Positions 13,501 to 27,291 of a stretch of 64,000 nucleotides of DNA are shown here, one piece after another. Both the position numbers and the translations under genes were made by a program. The notes beneath the pieces were generated by a model that saw nothing but the letters and a program-made list of their open reading frames with translations, made no database searches and was not told where the DNA came from. Source of the stretch: Patellaria atrata CBS 101060 (taxonomy: Eukaryota); the NCBI GenBank assembly GCA_010093705.1, contig MU006097.1, positions 1,030,715-1,094,714 of the forward strand, written 5' to 3'. Position 1 is the first letter of the stretch. Each line of letters opens with the position of its first letter.

Positions 13501-15288
13501 TTCTTACGCCAATGCAGAAAATGCTCGGTCCTAAAAGTTCCATGTCCACTCTGAAAGCACGACACCTTGACTACAATTTAGACAAGGATGATCTCGCTGC
13601 TGAAGATGAGATGAAAAGACTGTCGGCTAAGCGTAAAGAATTCGAGGCCGCAGCTCGCGAAGTGGATGAACTTCGAAGAAGAGCTCACCCGAGAGAGCGA
13701 GTGGCTCCTGCCCAAGCATTGCAGATGGTAGATCTCAATATTTTCGAAAGAGGAGAAATCATAGATTATAAAGATATCTATTTCTGCGGTACGAAACCAG
13801 CGAAGAAGATCATCGGTGATCTCAATATGCAATCGAATAACTTTGGATATGACGACGAGCGGGGTGACTACAACATTGTCATTGGCGACCATCTAGCGTA
13901 CAGATACGAAGTAGTAGATGTACTGGGGAAGGGAAGTTTTGGGCAGGTCGTCAGATGTGTTGATCATAAAACGGGGCGGTTGATGGCTATCAAGATCATC
14001 AGAAACAAAAAGCGATTTCACCAGCAGGCGCTAGTTGAAGTCAATATTTTACAGAAGCTCCTTGAATGGGTATGTCATCAGCTGCAATTGTCGAATGGAA
14101 TATGGATATATGCTAATTAATGCAGGACCCTGAGCACAAGCACAGCATGGTCAAATTTAATCAAAGCTTCTATTTCCGAGGACATCTATGTATCTCTACG
14201 GAGCTACTCGGCATCAATCTTTACGAGTTCATTAAGGCTCACGAATTCAAAGGTTTCTCGTTGAGACTAATCCGGCGTTTCACCCGACAGATGCTCTCTT
14301 CCTTGGTTCTCTTACAAGGCAAACGGGTCATTCATTGCGATCTTAAGCCGGAGAACATATTGTTGGCTCACCCACTCCATTCCGAAATAAAGGTAATCGA
14401 TTTCGGCTCCAGTTGTTTTGAAAATGAGAAGGTATATACCTACATCCAGTCCCGATTCTACCGCTCACCTGAGGTCATTCTGGGAATGAGCTATGGCCTG
14501 CCAATTGATATGTGGAGTTTGGGATGTATTCTTGCAGAACTTTTGACGGGGTATCCGATTTTTCCAGGAGAAAACGAGCAAGAACAGTTAGCATGTATTA
14601 TGGAGATATTTGGTCCACCCGAGAAGCATCTCATTGAGAAAGCCAGCCGCAGAAAACTCTTTTTTGACTCGATGGGAAAGCCTCGTGTGACAGTTTCGTC
14701 GAAAGGACGTCGTCGAAGACCGAGCTCCAAGACGCTCCAACAGTCGCTAAAATGTGATGATGACGCTTTTCTAGACTTCATCGCAAGATGTCTACGCTGG
14801 GATCCGGAGAAACGGATGAAGCCAGATGAAGCCATGCGTCACGATTTCGTAACTGGTAATAAAAAGAGTGCTTCCCGAGCTCGTCTACAGGCTAATGGTA
14901 CGAGCACCACTGGCCCATCACCTATGAAACGATTCCCGACAATCGCGACTCCGCAACGGATTCGCCCTCTGCCGGAGCCGCCAGCGACAAGCCTTAAGAA
15001 TGGGACTGCTGTGGCAGCGAGAGATGTTTCGAGCAGCTCGCCGGTGAAGGGCACTGTTCCTCGGAGACATTCCACAGTCAATGGTATTCCTACCACTGTA
15101 GGCGTGAAGAGGACCTCTAATGGTGCAACTGTCAGCGGCATGAGTAACTTACCCAGAGTCGCCCAGAGAAGTGCATCTGGAAAGCCGGATCTGGCATCGG
15201 CAGCTGCGGCGGCCAGTTTGGTAAGCTCAATGGACTGCGCAGAACCATAAGCTAGGGCACTAACTAGGAAATCCAGAAATCACGGTAG
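10594..15288 (+). CDS. pom1: DYRK-family dual-specificity kinase, Pom1-like, with a long S/P-rich N-terminus; multi-exon
   Basis: DH box (YDDERGDY), GKGSFGQV, HCDLKPEN, DFGSSC, activation loop YTYIQSRFYRSPE. Predicted introns ~10682-10766, 10967-11013, 14070-14126 and 15221-15276; spliced C-terminus ...SLKSR*. Confidence 0.88.
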
Positions 15289-17155
15289 TATATTCCCAGA
15301 TAACTCTGTTCGGTCCAGCAGGCTTGGACTGCCGCATCTTCACATGCCAGCGATCGATATGATATGCATTTTGCATGGCGCTACTGGACTGGTTTCTTGG
15401 GCATTGTTCTCAGCGGGCGTGTGTCCTTTGTTGGAGGCTCGATGCTACTTTCTATACCCTCTTTGTTGCCTTGCCTTGGTGCGGGCTGTCATTTTTAACG
15501 TGCATTTGGAGATATGTTTTGATCTCCTCTGGCCAAGTTTGGAGTTATATTCCGTATCCCTATTCGGAGGAGGTCAGGATGGGAATGACTTGATGGAGAC
15601 CGGTAAGCGCTCGAGCGTCTGCCTATGAAACACGGTTTTGAAGACGATGAGGAGTGGAAAGGAAGGGGCAGCGTTTAAAAAAAGGATGCGAAACTGTCCT
15701 TGTACTTCTATTGTACCTATCGGTGATGAGAAGCCTCTTCCGCTGATACCCCTAGATGGAGAGTGGTAGACGGTTATTATATTAATTCTAGGGTCACTCG
15801 TATGGGACATAGTAGAGACAGATCAAGTGTTTATCTATAAATGAATTTGAGGACACCAGCGCCTGATCATTCAAACCGCTTTTTTAATAGGTCTCGCGAC
15901 GCTTCGTACTTCCTGATAAGCACAGCAGAATTATCAATAGCGCGCCGTTCTGGATGCAAAAGTCACCGATCTTGGCGTCGTTTATATTGTTCCTCGTTTA
16001 GAACTAGGGCTCAGGGGGTCGGCTAAGCAACGATCCGACCACTTTTAATAATAAGAGTGTGCTCGCGCGGCCAATTTCTGGGAGAGCAGATGACATTACA
16101 GCCCAATTCCTATGAAGATATTCCAAAGGTTCTGCAAGTCACCCAGTTTGTCATACTTGTTCAGTGGGATGGTCGGTGGTACAGTACAGGGACGTGCTTG
16201 TAAGTACTCTAACTTTGTACCTTGCTACCTTATAGACAACCCCCAGAAGCTTAAGGGGCTCTTCGCATGTGAAAAGTAGAGCAGAGCGATTAAGATACAG
16301 TGGAGTGACCATCGACCTTTCATTATGAGTAGCACGAGCACTTGCCGGAAAGGCAGCTCTACGGGAAAGGGCCAAATGGTTGAGCTTGAAAGCGATGTCG
16401 GCCATAGTTCGATCTCTAGCAAAAGACAAAGGTCCAGAAAACAAGGATGAAATTAGTGGGATGGCGAGAACCTTTCTTTCAACCTTTTTTTTTTTTTTGG
16501 TTTTACCCCTCCATAACCCCCACCAGGGGTCCAGTTAAATGTATAGTGGTTTCCCTACTCGGAATATCGTACCATGTCCTGTCCATCATAGTAGCTACTT
16601 TACGCGTGCTAAGGTACGGTAGCTCTTGACACCACGCGAGCCCCGTCGCTCTTTCCTTCACTCAACTTCTCTTCCCTTCTCAATAAACGTATCAGGTTAT
16701 TATTAATCCCGTTACGAACTCATTCGCTTATCCCGAAATGCTCCGTTCGGTGCGTTTGTGTAATTATGTTGGTACAAAAGAGTATAATTCCATCTCAATT
16801 CCTTTCTGATCCGGTTTCAACCGTTCTAAACTTCACCCCGTCTCCACAATACTGAGGTGGACAAGAACTCTCACTACCGTATCTTGCCTCTAGCTCGGAT
16901 CGAGTCATCATTCGCTTCCACTTTCCAGCAGTCTTGTCACTTGCCCTACTTATTACACTTTCTGACTTCCTTAGTTCTTTCCTTCTTTTCGTCTTTCTAC
17001 CTTTTTTTCAATTGTACTTGACCTTTTCGGTGTCCGCCGGACGAGCTTTACCGCCATCACGCGACAGTAAACGCTCCGGAATCTATAAGACCATCTCTCT
17101 CACAATCAAACATATAAAAGTTTCCAGTTAACTTTCCGTAACACTCACATCCATA

Positions 17156-18695
17156 ATGATTCCCAAGTTACCTCGACTAAGCGATTATGGCGTCTCCCCG
17201 GTATTCGGTTTCCTTCCATCCGAGCTTCCTCTCGAGATCCTTCCCGATCTGTACTATAGCCCGTGGGAAGCCGTCATTCGAAACCTTCAGCCGCTGATAC
17301 TGAGCAAGAGGTTACGCGGCGTCGTTGACAAGCTTCCAATTCTGTCTACTGACCTGCTACAAACTGAGTCGGAATGGCGGAGGGCCTACCAGATCCTGGC
17401 ATTCATATCACATGCTTACATCTGGGGAGGGAATATACCTGCTGACGTACGTAAACAATTCATCCTGATCCCGTGATCAGCTTGGCTAACCAATTCTGCA
17501 GAGAGTCCCTCCTTCAATCTCAGTACCATTCATTGAGACGGCTCAACACTTTGAGCTACCAACTGTGGCTACTTACGCTGCTGTGGCATTGTGGAATTGG
17601 AAGCCGGTATTCCCGGATGAGCCTATCGATGACCTTGAGAACCTCGCTACTCTCTCTACTTTCACCGGCTCACTTGACGAATCATGGTTCTATGTCGTCT
17701 CCGTAGCAATCGAGGCGAGGGCTGCTCCATCAATAACATTGATGCTGGCAGCAATCGAGGCGGCACGGTGCAACGACTCTTTCACCGTAACGGAATGTCT
17801 CCGCTCCTTCGCCGAGCTTCTTGATGATCTAGGTGCTCTTCTCATGCGCATGTACGAGAGCTGCGACCCCCATGTATTCTATCACCGTATCCGTCCATTC
17901 CTTGCTGGTAGCAAAAACATGGCAGATGCTGGTCTTCCCAATGGCGTCATATTCGATAATGGATCTGGGCAAGATCAGACTCCTGTGCATTTCAGCGGTG
18001 GAAGCAATGCTCAATCCTCCATCATCCAATTCTTCGATCTCGTTCTCGGAGTCGAGCACCGTCCTACAGGAGATGGGCCTCCACATGTTACAGATGACTC
18101 TAAAGCTACCGGTCCGCCTGCGCCATCCCACAGCTTCATGAAGGAGATGAGGAAATACATGCCTGGCCCACACCGTCGCTTCCTGGAGCACGTCGCCAGT
18201 GTGGCCAACATACGCCCATACGTCAACGCTCGACGTTCAGACCGTGCCCTTTGCACCTCTTACGACGCTTGTCTAGCCATGTTACGTGCTCTTCGTGACA
18301 AGCATATCCAGCTCGTGAGCCGCTACATCGTCGTCAAGTCGCGCGAGTCCAGACCACATTCGCGGTCCCTATCTCCCCGTCAAGCGCAACCGAATCTGAT
18401 CCCTCAACCTATGAATATTGCAAACGCTAGTTCGGACGAGGCGAATAGCCGCAAGCTCCGCGGCACGGGTGGCACCGCGTTGATTCCGTTCTTGAAACAA
18501 GCGAGGGACGAGACTGGTGAACCAGCAATCGATGCTTGGGCTAGACGGTTGCTGGGAAACGGTCCAGCAGATGCGGCTGGCAAGGGAGCCAGGATGACGA
18601 AAGTAGGCGAGTTGGCCAGCGGAGAAGTTGAGATCGTGGGGTTGGCGGGGACGTGGAGTCTGGATGATAGTGAGGGTGGGATTTGCCACTGGTGA
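17156..18695 (+). CDS. BNA2: Indoleamine 2,3-dioxygenase (kynurenine pathway), 2 exons
   Basis: Motifs FTGSLDESWF, FYHRIRPFLAG, GGSNAQSS, MRKYMPGPHR, RDKHIQLVSRYI (proximal His), GTGGTALIPFLKQ. Intron ~17447-17501 (gtacgt...gctaac...gcag). Confidence 0.93.
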
Positions 18696-19624
18696 AGCAT
18701 CACTCAAAGGAAGTTCCAGCGAGATTTTGATGGGAGGTTATTTGAGTATCGGGAAGAGATTTGCGATTGCATTTATGGCGTTTAGCACTTTGCGGGAGGC
18801 TGCAAGCTCGCATCTGAAGCTTTCGTGTTTGCGACCTAATATCACGTATGGTCCACGGAGGCGCACTGTCGTTTTGAGTTCTATATCCCAGTTCTCCGTC
18901 TCCTTTGCTTGGGTGGATGAGAGATCTGTTATCATCTTAGATAAAAGACTATCTGACTGAAATATCAAAGTCATATGGATGTTAGATCAAGACTATTGAA
19001 TCGGGAGTGGTATACCCGACTCTTTCCCTCCTCTTGAATGGAAGACGGAAAACAACAACGCAAATCATTCCCCAAGCAAGACACATTTAGATCCGTCCCT
19101 TGCGTAAGCGAATACCTCGGTTATTGGCGGCTGAAATGTACACCTTCTCTAAACCTTTTGGGCTGGCGCTTTCCCCAGTCAGGGGTTGGTCTCGGTTTAC
19201 CGTACCTTGTGGCTTTCCATTATCCTTTACGTCTGAGGCGTCTGAAAAGTCCGGGTGTGGCTAGCCGGTTTTACTGTGAGCAAGGGGGTTATGATGGTTA
19301 GGTGGAGGAATTGAGCGCTTTGTTTCACACAAATGGTATTGGAAGGGAGTGCTGATATATGTATATATTTATATGTGAATATGAGTGGATAGGTAGGTAA
19401 ACGTAGCGCACGAAAGGTGTATCGATCCACTGCCATGACCGGTTCTTCCATCATATCATTGAGGACCTTTCCGTCTGACTATCTAGAGGAAGAGGAATAT
19501 CTCTAAGTTAGGCTGTCATATCCAATCCAAAGGATAAGCAATAGCCTTCGATTGATATATACAGCCTTGATGCCATATCCATGGGGGAAACCCTCAATCA
19601 TTCCAATTTGCTCCTACCCACCCC

Positions 19625-20597
19625 CTAGAACCTAAACTTCGGCATCACAAACACAATCGCAAATGCTACAACCCACAGCCCCGCAATCCACGCATACATC
19701 AGCATACGTCCCCACCACCCTCTCCCCTCCGTCATCCGTCTCAGCATGCCCATCCGCTTACTCGCCAACTCCATGCTATTCGCGCTGTTATCCAGGCCCT
19801 CTCCCGCCCGGTCCACGATCTCCCTGTCCAACTCCAACGACTGACCGAAATGCAGCGACTGGTTCTTGAGCGCCTGTGCCATCGAGAGGAGGGAGTCGGT
19901 CAGCACTTCCTGCTCCGACCGATTATGCGAGAGCAACGTCTCCCTGTTCGACAGCGAAGACGAATTCAGGGCGGAAGACGCGCCGGTGTCGGGTTGAGAG
20001 GGCTGCTGCCGTCTCGCCCTCAGCGTCGAGCTCAGGTTCTCCGCCGCGCTCTGGAGCGCCGGATCTTGCTCTCTGTCTAGCCCGCCATGCACGCCCCGTT
20101 GAGCGGGGGCGTACGAGGGGTGAGTCTCCTCATCGTCGCTGTTGTCGGATGTGTCGCTCCCCGAAGAGGAGGAGGCGGTCTGGTTGGTATCGAGCTGCTC
20201 GAGCTCGTAGAGACGGGCGTTTAGACGTTTGATGAGGTTGCGCTTGGCTTGGAGGTCGGACTGAACGGATTGCTTGAGGGAGTGGGTTTTTATCGTTGAG
20301 GAGTCGTGTTCGAGGCGGAGGAGGAGCGTGCGTGCGTGCGCGATGTTCTGAAGATTATTAGGATTGAGGAAGGGCTCTTGGTCTGGGAGAAACAAGGAGG
20401 GGGAAGGGGACTAGCGCTGAGGACGGGGGCTCTGATGTACCTACAGCTCCGACTTTGGTGCGCTCGTAGCTCGATCGTCGTAGGTTGCTATCGCCATCTG
20501 GTGAGAGGAGGGTGTGTTCGAGGCGGGAGAGGAGGCGATTGAGATTTACCGAGGAGGGCCCGGGAAGAGAAGCTTGACGAGGTGCTACTTGGGACAT
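19625..20597 (-). CDS. USE1: Use1-like ER SNARE with a C-terminal transmembrane anchor, 2 exons
   Basis: Starts MSQVAPRQ...NLNRLLSRLE and splices to NIAHARTLLLRLE. SNARE coil EQEVLTDSLLSMAQALKNQSLHF; C-terminal TM WIAGLWVVAFAIVFVMPKFRF. Confidence 0.8.
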
Positions 20598-20931
20598 TGT
20601 GGTAGAAATTGATTTCTTGGTGGGTAGGTAGTTGGATAGGTATGAGTTCATTGCACCGTGTTGTCTTGAATCTGTCTAATTTGGCCTGTTTGTATATGTT
20701 TGATGCGTATGCAATAGATCAAGTGGCTCTATACCCGAAGAGGTAGTAAGTAGCAAACGCAACTATAAGTATCACTCATGACTACAACACTACTACAGAT
20801 AGAACAGATGAGTGGAAATTCAGCTGTAGCGTAGAATCATTGAATCTGCAATGACTATAAAATCTGTGACTTTATAGCTCATGAAATGGTGTTTATTTTG
20901 AAGATGCATTTACTTACAAACTTGTGAAGGA

Positions 20932-21362
20932 TCCGTGCGTCAACGTGGCCCCTGCGTGTTAAAAGAGAAATGGAACTAAACTTCCCCTCCAAGAAATCAC
21001 ATCGCATATCGATCGTCTAGATTTTTGATCGAATTCTCGGATAATTGTATGAATTATTTGTTTTCGAACTGTCAGGCAATTAACCAAAAAAAATCCATGC
21101 GTTTCAAGAATAAGAATGCAACCCAATACCTCCGCCGGGAAATGCCAAGCTTTCAGACATTGGTCGTGCCTGTAGTCCGTGCGTTAGGCATGGTAACCTG
21201 AACGCGACGAATTTGAAAGTTCTAAAAAATCATATCGCACATGAATCTTCACCATTTTTCAGCGAGATCATAGATAATTGTATTGATTCCTTCTTTTACT
21301 TAAAGTTAAGCAAATAACTAAAAAAAAAATCATGCCTCTTAAGAACGACCGTTAATACCTAC
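20932..21362. repeat. Old diverged tandem duplication, period ~235-245 bp
   Basis: Collinear shared blocks: tccgtgcgt (20932/21176), aaatca.atcgca.at, gataattgtat (21040/21273), gcaa.taac.aaaaaaaa..catgc, aagaa, aatacct. Confidence 0.7.
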
Positions 21363-24300
21363 CTGAGCTGCCTTACATCTGGGGCAGAAATCAGTCACGT
21401 GGAATTGCGACGCACCTCAAGTACGCCTGCTTCGTCATCAAAATTTTAATATTTTCAAGCTCACTAAACCCATGTTGTCTACTTGAATCGTGGGTTGTGA
21501 AGATCTCCGAAAACTCTTCAGTATTATCGCATTCTCAGACTCCATTTTCCACGGTCGTGAAATCAAGAAATCAGGAAATCCTGAAACTAGTGGTCCATTT
21601 TGTCCCGCATGTCCCGTGACCCTTGTTCTGGTTGACGTGAAGTTTTTGGTACTCTGTCACGTGGGTGAACCTTATAACCGAGAGCTATTCACGATACTTT
21701 CATCTAACTCAACACCCGTTCCTGAATGATGGTCGCAGTTTTGCTGATCCCTAGATCCTTTTGCAACACCTATAGCTATATATGGTAATTGATATGAGGT
21801 AGGCGTTACATCGGTTAGATCGGATGTTCGACAATTTCCAGCTTTGGACCTTGATGATTTCAGATGTCCTAGCCGTCGAGGCTCGCTAGGTACGTCATCG
21901 ACAAACAACGTCGCGGTGTTGGATCCTCTGAGATGCTCACCCACATACTCTGCACCCGACACTCCACGATCTGGGGAAATGGCGGGAACACCCCTCTGAT
22001 CGCCAGGAGATCATGCTGGCCCTGAAAGCTGACCACTTCTCTTTGTTGCACCTCTTCCAGTAGTCTCCCCAGGCATACTGTAGCGCGGTTTTCTTATTAA
22101 GAAGTCTGTAAAATGTTATGTGCTCGGTGCTCTACTTGTTGCGCACTATCATGCTACATCTCGAACCCTTTTGCTTACCATTCACTGCACTCAATTTCAA
22201 TCGAGCGGTCTGCGGTCCGTTCAATTGGAAATATCCACCAGTCGTATTAAGGGGATATCCAATTCATTATACGATTACACTCAAAGTGATCTCGCTCCCG
22301 GCCTTGCAGACACAGGTAATAATACCAAGAGCATCCACACTGTTCAAGCTGGAAAGTGCCGGTCTTGAACTTTAATTCTTAGTGTTGAATTTGTACCTTT
22401 TCTAAGAGTACAAGCGCATCGGTTACATCCTCTGTGTGTTGACCGTTTCAGATCATTTCCTTGATAGTTAATGTTCGAGAACGATTGTACCCTTCTCATC
22501 TCATGCAGTGTCGACTCGAAATACCTGGTTCCAAGCCGAGTGCATCGTTCTGGAAGACTGGAATCAATGTGGAAGTTGCACAGCTAGAGCCAACGATGTC
22601 ATACTGTACTACCAAAGCAGCAGAGCGTCTCTCGAAGAAGGGTCCACCTAGGTCGTCGAGAAAGTTGCACACTGCCGTGGTATTCCAATCAAAATGATTA
22701 ATCCCTGGATTTGTCCGTAGAGCGAACTATCGCGCGGTCGAACGCAGCGTTTTCTCGAGTATTGTGAGAACTGCTTACTTCGCGCCGTCTATGGTATGCG
22801 AAGCAATATACAGTCGGAGTGTCGTCCAGAAATGCCGAAAATTGAGCTGGATATGGATAATATAAGCTTAAATAACTTATATCCCGTCCACCAGTTCTGT
22901 ATTATAATCAATTTCGCGCTCGCTTGATCGATGCGCGACATCTTAAAGATCTCGGAGTCTATCCGAACCACGCGTTGTATACACTCTCTGCATCCAAATG
23001 CATACTCACATCTAGGAACACGATACTGACCCTTCATTTAGACGGCGAAGTCTGGGATGAAGCGGTATTTGCGGGGAGGTCGTCATACTCCGTACAGGCG
23101 TACACCAATGCTTTGCTGGACACTGCTTGCTAATACTAGTTGATGGCCTTACGCCTCGGGCCCCACAGCATTCCCTTCCGACGAAATAGTACGTACGGAT
23201 AGCATTGTGCCAAGTTAAGGAGTGGTTGTGAAGTATGGTATCATCTTCGAGAATGGAGGTCGATCCCAGTGCTTCAAACCTCAGCCTCCCGAGTCCACTC
23301 GTGCTAGTGGAATTGGAGGGAAGGTCAAAGTTGAATACACTCAATGGATACCACGTCATTCCCTGCCAAAAGTCTTCCGGTCCACTGGAGTAATCCACTC
23401 GCTCCGGTTCTGCACGATTGGGGAAGCGTCACACCAATTATTGCTGCGATGTGCTTTCTGATTGCCTATCCTTCTTTCTTATACGACTTGTTACCCGACC
23501 AGACGTCCGTGCGCGCTGAGTCCTCCGGTCTGCGTCTTTTAAAGACGATGCTGTCTCCCGCCCGCGCAACCAATCCTCTCATGAAGAGTGTGTGTGTGCA
23601 AAGATTTCAACTATTTCCAAGCTTATCGTTGTTGACCACCTCTGCATGACCAACCCGCCAACGCATACTTCCATTCTTCTTACAGGGGTCATGTAGTGCC
23701 CCGCTCCCATCCTATTTTACTTCAGCGCATCCCCCGCCGCCCGACCTTTCCTCCCTTCTTTTCTCAAAATCACAAACATCGACTCATAACAACATTCTCA
23801 AATTTCGACCAATCTTTCCCCCCCAAATTCCAAGAGTCAAAGGTCGGCACTCTACGTGCGGACTTGGATTATCGGTAAAGAGCGCCAATTGCTTGCTCAG
23901 GATGAAAAATCGCAGCCGCGACAGAGGAGCCCATACCAGGTACTACCTACCCACTGGTCGTTTTGCGCGTTTTTGCTTTTTATTTCCTTACTCTCTACAA
24001 TCTTATATTTATGTATTTCCGAATCTTATCGTCTCTCTGTTTTCATTTGTTTTTTCAAAGCCATACAGGTTCCGCTCAGGAGGCATTGATTCATTTCTGG
24101 ACCACGTTCTGGCCATTGATCCTGGAGTATTGGCCCTGTATACGGTTCCAAATCTATAGGATGATCTTCATACCCTCCACTGGATATTCCGGGGTTTCGC
24201 GGACTATTTTTGACAGGTAAGCTCCCCCGAAACAACTGTAAGCTAAATCATCCCACGCGGCCCAGGTTTTACCTGAGGTGCTGCACGGGTTATCACATTA

Positions 24301-25470
24301 TGGCATCCACTCTTCCGGAAGTAGACAACACGCAAGAGCGTTAAGAAATGGGTCTCGAACCATTCTGATTATGAGACCGTTTTTGGTCGCAGAGAATGAA
24401 TCGCCCGGTCCATTTGGGCTGCGATACTCTCCAGCTCAATTTCACCGGTCACATTCGCGGGTATGATCACAATTTTCCATGGATTTCTCAAACAAGCACT
24501 CTGGACAGATTACCATTGGGATTTACTGTGTGGACAACCCTTTTCCCGCTGGATATGGATACGGATTCCCGGACCACTTTTCCTTGGAAATTCGTTCTTA
24601 TTTTAGTCCATTGGACACTGATTCCTAGTTTTGAACGAGCTTCCATGGTCTAGTCTGAAGGAGTCACCTCAAGGTCGTACTCTCCGATTTGCTTGGTCTT
24701 CTCTGAGTTTCCTTGAACTGATATTGTGGACTCCGTTTGGTGCTCCGTTCCATCGGCTCATCCCGTCTGTTTATTAGATACCGGGTGGATCATTTGGTCA
24801 GGCTACCAGGCCTTACTAGTACGTACTCCACGTATTGATGTAACTTGATAATGCTATATGGGCGTCGACTAATTGTTAATGTCCTGGTAAAGCAATCCAG
24901 TCGTTTGTGCTTGAAGGTATACACTGCGTTTCATACGTTGGATCGCAGTCAACACAACAATCTTTTCGCTCCTTGTTCGCGGCCAAATGGTTTGCCTTTG
25001 GAAACTTATTGGACTCTAAGGCATATCCGGAATTGGATTTCGTATTCTCGTGGATTCTATTCTTGTTTTTACCCAACTGGAGGCATCTAACTTCATCAGG
25101 AATACCATAGTTCCGAGCACTACCTTGACCTGTACGTGCCACCCAGTACACACACATAATAACATATACTGATTCATTCTGAGTAGAGGAAGATATCCGG
25201 GACCGGCTTCCTGAGCTGCGATACTAATAATGGCATTCTCTTCACTTTCCTTACAGTTGATAACTCTTCAACATTTCTCATTATGTTTTCTTTTGCATTT
25301 ATTCACGTACTGACCCAGTCTCGTTTTCAAGCGAGTTCTCTCCAGACCCAGCTGGCACTATTTCTTTTTCAAAACCTCAACTGGACATCGATCTGTGGAC
25401 CCAGAGTGTTTCCGGACTCCAGTTTCCCCCTAGTGAACTCTTTTCTCTTTTCCCGGAGGATCTTCCAGAT

Positions 25471-27291
25471 ATGCCAGGAAATCAGTTCCTTGACCCATCC
25501 ATGTTCAAGGAGGACGAAGAATCTTTAACTTCATTGGACGACAGCACATACATGAGTCAGCCTGATACCAACCGTAGGGCTGCTGGTGCTCAGGCCAATA
25601 TCCCCTACCAGTTCACCCAGGAACCTAGGCCAAACATGACGGACAATTTCCAGGCACAATCTACTTATTCTCCAAGCTTAAGTGCGGAGAGCCAGGGAAA
25701 GTACCCACAACAGGCTCACTTGACCGCAATGTTACCTTCAGCTGCCCAGGAATATGACCTAGATCCGGCATTCAAGGTCTCCAATACCACTAACTTCAAT
25801 CAGGAGCAGTATACCAGACAAACTTTTTCACACACCCGATTCTATCCAGAATCGAATGAATTGGGACTGGATGAAACCCTATGGTCAGCTTCTGACTTGC
25901 AAAAATACAGTAGTCCGTTCGCTGTCGGTTCAACCGGCGCTACTGCTTTCATGTCACAACCACAAGATTTCTCGGCGCGACACGGAGATAATCCAACGTT
26001 CTTTCAACCATATCCACAATACCATAGCGATGATACTTCAAGGCAAGTATCCTTTAGTCAGTTTCCTAATGAACAGAAAAGGCCAAGACTTCCCCTGACT
26101 ACCAACTTATCGTCTGTGTCCTTACCCTCACCCCTTCGTCGATCCAGCTCCGCGACAGTTAGCAAGTCCGAGACGCATCCTCAGTTTTCTCGCAAATCAT
26201 CCCAAGCAAGTATTGCACTTGCTACTCCAACCATCGACAGTGTGATGTTGTCACCTGCTTCGTCCACTATGGGTAGCCAGCGACAAGGTGGTCGTCTTAA
26301 TCGGGATAACCATGCACAATCGCAAGCATTTTTTGACGTTGTCGAGTAAGTCGCATTTACCTTCAGATTTTACCTTCTGAAAATAATATACATGCTAACT
26401 GTCATTTCAGAGGGGAAACTACTACGCAATCCCCTTTACAAACTATCCGTGTGGAATCTGACGATATAGAGGATGACAATTACGAGACACCGAGGGGCAA
26501 TATCGTCAGTCCCTCTAGCGAGGAGGTTGAAATTCGCCTCGCTCGCCAACATCCTCTCTATCAAGCCTCAACGAAGGCTGATGAGCTTTACCATTGCCCA
26601 TATGAAGGCCAGGCTGGATGCGGTCATAAGCCAACAAAACTGAAATGCAATTACGAGTAAGCGTTCTATTGCACCTTCCCCGGGGTAGTTTCTAACATTG
26701 CCTAGCAAATATGTTGATTCTCACTTAAAACCTTTTCGTTGTAAGGTCACGGATTGTGTTGACGTTCAGTTCTCGTCCACTGCTTGTCTATTGCGCCATG
26801 AACGCGAGGCACATGGCATGCATGGCCATGGCTCTAAACCACATCTTTGTCTATATGCGGACTGCGACCGAGCTATTCAAGGAAATGGGTTCCCCCGTCG
26901 GTACAATCTCTTCGATCATATGAAGCGAGTGCACGACTACAACGGTCCTACGACGCCAAGCGATGATGTATCCCCAGCATTGCCCATTAGTGTGGCACCA
27001 AAGCGTCCTACAGGCAGGAAGAGAAAGTCCGTCGCTACTGAAGAAAGTGTGGAGCAACGCCCACGTAAAGTGTCTGTTCGTCAGACATCAATAATGCGAC
27101 CTCCTCAGGCTCCTCCACCTTCTCAAGCACAGGAGCGTCGTCGACTTTATGAAGAATGGAACCAGAGGCGAGACAGCCTACAGCAACACTTATCCAGCCT
27201 TCAAGGTCCCAAGGACATGTCAAATTTCGATCTCGCCAGTGAACTTGCGGCCCTCCAAGGTGTTGCTGAGAAGCTTGCCGGCATGGGTTGA
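25471..27291 (+). CDS. C2H2 zinc-finger transcription factor (Pezizomycotina type), 3 exons
   Basis: Spliced fingers YHCPYEGQAGCGHKPTKLKCNYDKYVDSH, FRCKVTDC...LLRHEREAH and HLCLYADC...LFDHMKRVH; NLS GRKRK. Introns 26346-26410 and 26657-26705. Confidence 0.88.

Noticed and set aside
11008..15141. Numerous antisense or alternate-frame ORFs over the kinase and other long genes
   Set aside because: Shadow ORFs of real coding sequence with no independent motifs.
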